35,878 nt of DNA from Clostridia bacterium (lineage in GTDB: Bacteria > Bacillota > Clostridia > UMGS1810), in assembly GCA_045605285.1 (NCBI GenBank), contig JAZUPR010000019.1, positions 1 through 35,878 on the forward strand. Direction: 5' to 3'. Positions 20,116 to 26,075 of the stretch are shown piece after piece. The position numbers and the translations under genes were made by a program. Position 1 is the first letter of the stretch; each line of letters begins with the position of its first letter. The notes under the pieces are model-generated. The model did no database searches. It was given only the letters and a program-made list of their open reading frames with translations, and had not been told where the DNA came from.

Positions 20116-20970
20116 TTATTCAAGTATCTTAAAAGATGTAAATGCAGCCTCCGGCTCCATATTGCATCTTAATTTGTATATAGGAACGTTTTTCAATATT
20201 TCTCCTATAATAGAAAGTGCGTGCTCTACAAGTTCCGAATCAAACGGAGTTTTTATCTGATCCATTATAAGTGGAAATGCCTGCAGTGACGAAATTTTTT
20301 CTATGGAATTTTCCTTATCTCTTTGAAGGAAAACTATAGCCTTAAGGGGAACAGATATATTATTGTTTATTCCGGAAGAACCGGCAAAAGGTGTGCCTGA
20401 TATATAGATTTTTTCGTCTTTCTTAAAAATAAGAGGGGTATCGTCATTTATGTATTGACAATCCGGTATATGCTTTATCCAGAGGGATGTATGAGTTGAT
20501 TTTCCAACTCCCGAATCCGCTGAAAAAGCTATACCTCTGCCATTATGCGAAACAGCTGACGAGTGATATACAAGCGAGCCATTTGTTAATGCAATAAAAT
20601 GAAATATATGAGAGAGAGTATTGATAAAAAATGCTCCGTCGTCAATTCCAAGATTTGTCTTTATATCATAAGAATTGAAGACAATATTTTTAAAACTCTT
20701 ATCAAAATCCACCTTAACTACTGCACCCTCTACCTCAGGAAAAAATATGTAATAAGACCTGGTGCCCTCAATACTCGTCCACAATTCATAATCCCATTTT
20801 GCAACAATATTTTCGTCGGGAACAGGGAAAGTGTGGTCGAAAAATTTAATATTTATAGTAGAATGTACACTATCACAATTATGCTGATATTTTTTTAATT
20901 CACTCAGTACATATTCATTTTGACAACCAACGATAGCCAAATTGATATTTCCTATTTTATATGTATACAT
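20116..20970 (-). CDS. HPr-kinase-C-terminal-like P-loop protein (HprK-related kinase family), 284 aa
   Basis: LVYHSSAVSHNGRGIAFSADSGVGKSTHTSLW followed by INDDTPLI and SGTPFAGSSG. This matches the H-x-S-A-V...G-x-x-G-x-G-K-S-T P-loop plus DD arrangement of HprK-like kinases. Its stop is 21 nt from the start of the SLH gene, with that gene's RBS in between. Confidence 0.6.
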   Translation of the reverse strand: MYTYKIGNINLAIVGCQNEYVLSELKKYQHNCDSVHSTINIKFFDHTFPVPDENIVAKWDYELWTSIEGTRSYYIFFPEVEGAVVKVDFDKSFKNIVFNSYDIKTNLGIDDGAFFINTLSHIFHFIALTNGSLVYHSSAVSHNGRGIAFSADSGVGKSTHTSLWIKHIPDCQYINDDTPLIFKKDEKIYISGTPFAGSSGINNNISVPLKAIVFLQRDKENSIEKISSLQAFPLIMDQIKTPFDSELVEHALSIIGEILKNVPIYKLRCNMEPEAAFTSFKILE

Positions 20971-21001
20971 TTAAAATTCACCCAAAATATTTTATATATA
21001 T

Positions 21002-21030
21002 AGTATAACAGAATTTTAATGTATTTTCAA
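21002..21030 (-). promoter_or_regulatory. candidate sigma-A promoter for the HprK-like/SLH transcription unit
   Basis: Minus strand: TTGAAA, 17 nt, TATACT, located just after the peptide-gene terminator. Confidence 0.5.
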
Positions 21031-21060
21031 CTGTTAATTATTTGATTTTAGTGTCTATAT

Positions 21061-21094
21061 GCAACAAAAAGGCAGTGTCAACACGACACTGCCT
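21061..21094 (-). terminator. rho-independent terminator after the 60-aa peptide gene
   Basis: AGGCAGTGTC-AACAC-GACACTGCCT (perfect 10-bp stem, 5-nt loop), followed on the minus strand by TTTTGTTGC. Confidence 0.8.
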
Positions 21095-21126
21095 TAATAT
21101 ATTTACGAAAAATAATTTAATTCAAA

Positions 21127-21309
21127 TTAACCATTTACCTTCTTTATAACAGATATCTGTGCTGTAGCATAAGAAGTAAGTGAAACTGATTTGTTTGGTG
21201 TGCTACCAAAACCAAATGTACGTGTTTCTTTTTTTGATGTCAATTTGCTCAATGATTCTTTAATAGATAACTCTACAATTTCTGCAGATGGTTTAATATA
21301 TTTTTTCAT
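21127..21309 (-). CDS. 60-aa peptide, candidate RiPP-type precursor
   Basis: MKKYIKPSAEIVELSIKESLSKLTSKKETRTFGFGSTPNKSVSLTSYATAQISVIKKVNG. AGGAGGA RBS 9-10 nt upstream of the ATG, and a dedicated terminator 33 nt after the stop. Has a Y4-x-x-P7 motif near the N-terminus and a Ser/Thr-rich C-terminal half. Confidence 0.6.
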   Translation of the reverse strand: MKKYIKPSAEIVELSIKESLSKLTSKKETRTFGFGSTPNKSVSLTSYATAQISVIKKVNG

Positions 21310-21368
21310 GTTCCTTATTCCTCCTATTGAATTTACTTGTTCTTAATTAATTAAAATGTGGTTCGTCA

Positions 21369-22277
21369 TTATTTCCAATACGGAACAAGTGTCACATCAC
21401 TCATATCTTCAGCTGCAAGAAGAACTGCATAGTAGCCATCAGTAACACCAAGTGATTTATAATATCCGCCAGTTGGTTCCTCAGGATCAAGCTCAAATGC
21501 TTCGCCAGCCTTTGTAGCATATACTCCATACTCTGTTACCTCACTCACATCTCCTGTAATCTGACAGAGCAAGTATCTATATTCGAGTTCATTTCCCTCA
21601 GCCGTAACCACTGCATTAAAGTCTGCTGAATCAACAGCAACAGAGGTTATAGCTACAGGGCTTGATGTATTAACAGTTTTAATCTCAACAACGTTGCCTG
21701 CTTTTACAGTAAATCCTCCTACTGTAAGTTCCTGCTCATCGCCATCAATTTTAACTGATGAAAGTTCATAACCTTCTTTAACATTTACAGTCAAGAAACC
21801 ATCCTCTGTGTTACCTAATGTATAAGGATAGTCTATAATATTAAGTTCGCTATCTTTAACTTCATAAGAATCAACACCAGCATCTGTAGTGATTGTAACT
21901 CCTGCTGCACTAACTGTTTGGTTAGCATATACTCTAAGTCCTGCAGCTACATCTGGATCAACTGAACCATAAAGGATCTGAGCAGTATTTGATGTAAGTG
22001 CATCGTATTCAAATTTTATTGTGCCACCATCGGACTCTACCTGATTTATATAAACGATATCAGCTTCTTTTTCAACTGTACCATTTACACTTGCAAGGTA
22101 TGTAACCATAACGCCTTTTTCAACGCCTGAAACAGTAGAAACAACGTGTGGCTTCTGGCTTGTTTCGTTATAGGTTGTAAGTGTTGATGCTGTGGCAGCA
22201 AATGATGTTACGGTTGTTGTTAACATAGCAACTGTGATTGCAGTAACTGCAATTGTTTTAAACAAATTATTTTTCAT
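21369..22277 (-). CDS. secreted protein of unknown function, 302 aa
   Basis: Start moves to MKNNLFK (ATG 22277, AGGAG upstream) because the predicted promoter would place the transcript start at about the track ATG. Signal peptide KTIAVTAITVAMLTTTVTSFAATAS. The sequence is beta-rich and has no SLH repeats or other motif I can name. Confidence 0.7.
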   Translation of the reverse strand: MKNNLFKTIAVTAITVAMLTTTVTSFAATASTLTTYNETSQKPHVVSTVSGVEKGVMVTYLASVNGTVEKEADIVYINQVESDGGTIKFEYDALTSNTAQILYGSVDPDVAAGLRVYANQTVSAAGVTITTDAGVDSYEVKDSELNIIDYPYTLGNTEDGFLTVNVKEGYELSSVKIDGDEQELTVGGFTVKAGNVVEIKTVNTSSPVAITSVAVDSADFNAVVTAEGNELEYRYLLCQITGDVSEVTEYGVYATKAGEAFELDPEEPTGGYYKSLGVTDGYYAVLLAAEDMSDVTLVPYWK

Positions 22278-22310
22278 TGTATAAACACTCCTATCTTCAT
22301 TCATATAATG

Positions 22311-22339
22311 ATTCTATCAAAAATCAAATTGAATGTCAA
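22311..22339 (-). promoter_or_regulatory. candidate sigma-A promoter for the secreted-protein/peptide unit
   Basis: Minus strand: TTGACA, 17 nt, TAGAAT. Confidence 0.55.
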
Positions 22340-22434
22340 GTATTTTTAGTATCAAATATTCATTTTTTTAATTTTGTTGCACTTTGTACATATTTATATT
22401 TAATTCTTTGAACATAATGTATGAAATTTACATA

Positions 22435-24066
22435 TTATTCACAAACACATCCATCTTTTATATGTAAAATCCTGTCACATATATCACGAGTATTTTGTCT
22501 GTGTGTAATTATAATGCAGGTTTTATCGTTCATATTCTTAATTTTGGAAACAACTTCCTTTTCTGTGTCTTCATCAAGGGCTGAGGTGGCCTCATCGAGA
22601 AGAATTACAGGGCGTGACGAGTAAAAAGCTCTTGCCAGGGCAAGTCTTTGAATCTGGCCCTCGGAAAGACCGAGTCCTCCTTCTCCCAGAAGGGTGTCAA
22701 ATCCATCGGGTAGTGTCATTATATAATCATATATACACGCATCCTCAGAGGCTTTTTTCAATCTTTCACAGTCAATATCACAACAGGAAAACGCTATGTT
22801 TTCTTTTATGGTTCCGGAAAATATCATATTCCCCTGTGGCACATATGCAAACAGCTCCTTTGATGGCGGATAAGCACAATTTTCGTTTTCGCTCTCAGCA
22901 TACACCTTCCCCTTGTCGGGCTTTATAACACCCATAAGCAAAAGCATCATCGTGCTCTTTCCCGCTCCGGAGCTACCCACAACAGCAACAGTATCACCTT
23001 TGTTTATCACGAGGTCTGCATCTTTAAGAATATATTCTTCATTATATGAAAAATCAACATCCTTAAATACTAATGAAGAAAAGCTTCTATTTATATATGT
23101 AGTTTTTTCTTCTATATTTTCAAGCTCCATGATTCTCTCGGCAGATGCTGACATAGAATAATACCCCGATATTAAGGACGAAAATTCCTTAAAGGGAATC
23201 TGAAGCTGGTCTACAAGCTGAAGAACAGCCATAAGTGTTCCTACGGTCATTATACCGATAGAAATTTTATAAGAACACCAGATAAGAGCCAGATAATAAC
23301 CAAAGGTCATAATAACAAAAAACAAAAGATTTGCAAGAATGGTTATTATACCTCTTTTTACACTTACCTTGTAATTATCCGTTTGATATTTTTTTAGCTT
23401 TGATACTGAGAATGCCTCTTTTACAAAAGTCTTTATGGCAAGGATATTTTGTATGCTCTCTTGCATATACGATTTTACCACACCGGAGGTATGCTGACAT
23501 TTTTTATGCAGGGGTTTTATCTTTTTTCCGTACAGTCTGGTGGCAATTGATACCATCGGAAAAACAATTATGCACACAACTGCAAGGTCTTTATCTATAA
23601 TAAAGAGTGCTCCAAGGCTGAATAAAAACTGAGTGGCAGTTGTAAAAAACTGAGGAACAATTGACATAATGCCATCAGAAACCACAGACACATCGCTTGT
23701 AAGTCTGTTTACAAGTTCACCGGAGTGCACATCTGACACCTTTTGGTAATCACCGTTTAAAACAGCAGAAAAGGAGCTAAGCTGAATATTGTGAAAGAGT
23801 CTTACAGATACCCTCACTTCAACCACCGTGTAGACAATGTGAATGAGAATCTGGCCAAGCATTAAGAGTGCAAGAGTAATTACAGGCTGTGACAGGGACA
23901 TATCGAGAGTGCCGGTTGCCACATCAATAACGGTTTTTGATGCAAAAGCAAACCTTACTGACAGATAAGACATTGCCATCCCCAAAAAAGAAAGGAAAAT
24001 AATTTTGCACAATTCTTTTTTTGATTTCTGAAAAATCCATGAAAAAGCAGTTTTATCTTTTGCCAC
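22435..24066 (-). CDS. ABC exporter half-transporter (N-terminal 6-TM domain fused to an NBD), 543 aa
   Basis: Walker A GSSGAGKST, signature LSEGQIQRLALARA, Walker B ILLDEATSALD, H-loop ITHR. Hydrophobic N-terminal half with no C39 peptidase domain. GTG start with AAGGAGG 7 nt upstream, overlapping the peptidase gene by 14 nt. Confidence 0.9.
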   Translation of the reverse strand: MAKDKTAFSWIFQKSKKELCKIIFLSFLGMAMSYLSVRFAFASKTVIDVATGTLDMSLSQPVITLALLMLGQILIHIVYTVVEVRVSVRLFHNIQLSSFSAVLNGDYQKVSDVHSGELVNRLTSDVSVVSDGIMSIVPQFFTTATQFLFSLGALFIIDKDLAVVCIIVFPMVSIATRLYGKKIKPLHKKCQHTSGVVKSYMQESIQNILAIKTFVKEAFSVSKLKKYQTDNYKVSVKRGIITILANLLFFVIMTFGYYLALIWCSYKISIGIMTVGTLMAVLQLVDQLQIPFKEFSSLISGYYSMSASAERIMELENIEEKTTYINRSFSSLVFKDVDFSYNEEYILKDADLVINKGDTVAVVGSSGAGKSTMMLLLMGVIKPDKGKVYAESENENCAYPPSKELFAYVPQGNMIFSGTIKENIAFSCCDIDCERLKKASEDACIYDYIMTLPDGFDTLLGEGGLGLSEGQIQRLALARAFYSSRPVILLDEATSALDEDTEKEVVSKIKNMNDKTCIIITHRQNTRDICDRILHIKDGCVCE

Positions 24067-24523
24067 AGAACAACCTCCTTATTCTTATGAGAACCTCAAG
24101 GATAATGCGTCTTAGAGGGAAAACAAATACCCACACACGAGAATACAGCTTATAAACGGGATTGCCCGGGTCTATTTCAATCCCTTTTCTTGTAAAGCCT
24201 ACGACCTTTGCTATTATCTGAGATTTTTCCACTCCATATTCTTTTTCTGTTTCATTATCACCCGCAATTATATATGTTCCGTTTTTTATGCCGATTACAC
24301 GATGCAAAATATAATCTCCGTCTTTTCGACGATGAAGTACCACGTCATATTTCTTTATATGGTCTGCATTCCCTACGGTTACCTGGTCTCTTCTGTTGGA
24401 GAGAAACGGGAACATACTTATCCCTGTGACGGTAAACCTCACCTTGCCGCCGGAATTTACCTTCTCTTCAATCACAGGTGCAATATCACCAATACTGAAC
24501 TCAATCTTTTCTACATCAACCAT
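24053..24523 (-). CDS. S24/S26-family serine peptidase, S26B (SipW/ER-type Ser-His)-like, 156 aa
   Basis: GISMFPFL (nucleophile Ser box), YILHRVIGI (His in the position of the S26A Lys box) and IIAGDNE (GDN box). There is no N-terminal hydrophobic anchor. The ATG immediately follows the TAA of the PqqD-like gene (GAATAAATGG). Confidence 0.65.
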   Translation of the reverse strand: MVDVEKIEFSIGDIAPVIEEKVNSGGKVRFTVTGISMFPFLSNRRDQVTVGNADHIKKYDVVLHRRKDGDYILHRVIGIKNGTYIIAGDNETEKEYGVEKSQIIAKVVGFTRKGIEIDPGNPVYKLYSRVWVFVFPLRRIILEVLIRIRRLFCGKR

Positions 24524-24787
24524 TTATTCAATTACCTTTTTTTCTTTAAGTATATTTACAAATTCGCAAACATCGTTATACGCCACATCTTTGCTAACTT
24601 CAAACTCAGAGCACATTTTATCAACTACAAAATCTATGTCTGAGTCTTCCATAAGGAGATTCCATATAAAAGCTCCTGTTTCATTGATTGTAATCATAGC
24701 TGAAAAATCAAGAAGATTTTCTCCTGACGGAACTATAACGTATGTATCGGCAACATTTCTTAATTCAAAGCCTTTTGAAATTTTCAT
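24524..24787 (-). CDS. PqqD-family protein (RiPP recognition element-type), 87 aa
   Basis: MKISKGFELRNVADTYVIVPSGENLLDFSAMITINETGAFIWNLL...FVVDKMCSEFEVSKDVAYNDVCEFVNILKEKKVIE. Size and pattern (beta strands, then LNETGAFIW, then a helical tail) are typical of PqqD/RRE. Start set at ATG 24787 (GGAAAGGA upstream). The track's extension to 24892 would run through the predicted promoter and into a terminator. Confidence 0.7.
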   Translation of the reverse strand: MKISKGFELRNVADTYVIVPSGENLLDFSAMITINETGAFIWNLLMEDSDIDFVVDKMCSEFEVSKDVAYNDVCEFVNILKEKKVIE

Positions 24788-24830
24788 TGCAGCAAATCCT
24801 TTCCGAAATATTATAAAAAACATTTTTCTT

Positions 24831-24859
24831 ATTTTATCATAGGAAGATAAGGTTGTCAA
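24831..24859 (-). promoter_or_regulatory. candidate sigma-A promoter for the PqqD-peptidase-ABC operon
   Basis: Minus strand: TTGACA, 17 nt, TAAAAT. Confidence 0.6.
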
Positions 24860-24885
24860 ATAAGATAGCCAATCAAAACTCTGCC

Positions 24886-24917
24886 AAAACAAAAAGGTAC
24901 GATGCCTACATCGTACC
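24886..24917 (-). terminator. rho-independent terminator after the 144-aa gene; insulates the PqqD operon from upstream transcription
   Basis: GGTACGATG-CCTA-CATCGTACC (9 bp) with T/A runs on both sides. Confidence 0.7.
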
Positions 24918-24995
24918 TTTTTGTTTCCCGGTCTGATGCGGGCATCAGCCCCTACTATTTAATCTCTTTGGTCAAAATCAGCATATACACAAAGT

Positions 24996-25430
24996 TTAAA
25001 GATATGCTTTAAGGTCTCTTCGAAGACTCTCTTCAATATCAATAAGTCTTCTGGTGGCTTGAATCACATCTCTGTCTGCAGCCGGATATTTATTAAGATA
25101 TTTATGAAGAGACTTTATTCCCATATCGCATCCGTCGGTCATAAGGTCTGCAACAACTTTATCCGTCTCTTTTGCAGCAAGTTTTACATTAATTTTCATC
25201 CAGGACATTCCCTTTGCCATAGGATTTGGCTCTCCCTCAGGAGCATCAAACTTAGACAAAAGCCTATGCAAATCCTTATCAAGCTCTGTATGTCCCTCTT
25301 TTGAGTGATGCAAAATCTCGCGAAGGTCGTCACTATCTACCCTGTCAATAACCTCGTCTATGGAACTGATGCCCATCTTTACCCCTGAATCACATTCTCT
25401 CAAAAGTTCTATAGTATCGTTTTTTTCCAT
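24996..25430 (-). CDS. hypothetical all-helical cytoplasmic protein, 144 aa
   Basis: Clean ORF with an AAAGGGTGGG RBS and its own terminator. Charged, helix-prone sequence with no catalytic motif recognised. Confidence 0.6.
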   Translation of the reverse strand: MEKNDTIELLRECDSGVKMGISSIDEVIDRVDSDDLREILHHSKEGHTELDKDLHRLLSKFDAPEGEPNPMAKGMSWMKINVKLAAKETDKVVADLMTDGCDMGIKSLHKYLNKYPAADRDVIQATRRLIDIEESLRRDLKAYL

Positions 25431-25480
25431 ATTTATCCCACCCTTTCAAAAATATTATTTGCATTAAAGATAAAAATATC

Positions 25481-25517
25481 CAAAAAAGACACCCATTCTC
25501 TTTGAGAACGGGTGTCT
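25481..25517 (-). terminator. rho-independent terminator after the QueT-like gene
   Basis: Minus-strand RNA: GACACCCGUUCUC-AAA-GAGAAUGGGUGUC (13 bp with one G.U) followed by UUUUUUGG. Confidence 0.75.
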
Positions 25518-25530
25518 AATAAAACTGATA

Positions 25531-26001
25531 TCACATTTTTTTATACTTTATAAAAATTTTTAAAATAATTAATCCTAAGCATGCGCAGGACAAAAGTTCA
25601 CCAACACCTACTGTAATTGCGAAATACCACCAAGTCCCCTCAAGCCCGTAGGCTTTTATCAAAACGAATGGAACTATGACAGCATTTGATATAACAGGAG
25701 GGAGTGCAGCTAAAAATCTATTCTTTCTCAAAAGATATGTCCCTATAGCACCAATTAGTGTGGCAAGAGAACCGAATATTATATCCGGTGGAAGTGCACC
25801 TGTAAGGATATTTGCAAACAGGCATCCAACAAAAAGTCCCGGAATTGCACTGGGGGTAACAACTGGCAATATGGTAAGTGCCTCTGACAATCTTAGCTGA
25901 ACAGGACCGCTTGCGAGCCCAAAAACATTTGAAACAAATGTAAGCACAACATACAACGCTGCAATAAGACCTGCTCGGGTTATAGTTTTTGTTTTATTCA
26001 T
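25531..26001 (-). CDS. queT: QueT-family (COG4708-like) queuosine-precursor transporter, 156 aa
   Basis: Five-TM small membrane protein. TITRAGLIAALYVVLT...VQLRLSEALTILP...PGLFVGCLFANI matches my recollection of QueT-family proteins. Start set at MNKTK (ATG 26001) with GGGAG upstream. Confidence 0.6.
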   Translation of the reverse strand: MNKTKTITRAGLIAALYVVLTFVSNVFGLASGPVQLRLSEALTILPVVTPSAIPGLFVGCLFANILTGALPPDIIFGSLATLIGAIGTYLLRKNRFLAALPPVISNAVIVPFVLIKAYGLEGTWWYFAITVGVGELLSCACLGLIILKIFIKYKKM

Positions 26002-26075
26002 TTTTTTCTCCCTAGTTTTGTTTTTGTCGTGTTTTTCACACATAGTGAGGATGGTTTCGAACTCACTATTATAAG

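Noticed and set aside
20116-24859. Canonical (phosphorylated) lasso-peptide cluster, suggested by PqqD-like RRE + HprK-like kinase + ABC exporter + YxxP peptide
   Set aside because: There is no asparagine-synthetase-like lasso cyclase (C) and no transglutaminase-fold B2 protease in or next to the locus. The peptide lacks an obvious Gly/Ala-1 ... Asp/Glu-7-9 macrolactam arrangement after a Thr at -2. The lasso label is rejected and the locus is kept as an unclassified RiPP-like system.
24788-24892. 35-codon N-terminal extension of the PqqD-like ORF, and similar track extensions on rpoC, rpoB, spoIVA, QueT, Ctp, FtsX, the PucR-like gene and the 302-aa protein
   Set aside because: The extension would run through the TTGACA-17-TAAAAT promoter and up to a terminator hairpin, and it has no RBS. 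An internal ATG with an RBS gives the canonical domain length. The same logic (RBS position, conserved N-termini) applies to the other genes.
24927-24955. GC-rich hairpin CTGATG-CGGG-CATCAG flanked by G/C, just upstream (in minus-strand transcription) of the 24886-24917 terminator and between it and the stop of the 144-aa gene
   Set aside because: The stem is short (6 bp), it has no U-run of its own and no recognisable RNA family features. It is most simply an accessory part of the terminator region of the 144-aa gene.
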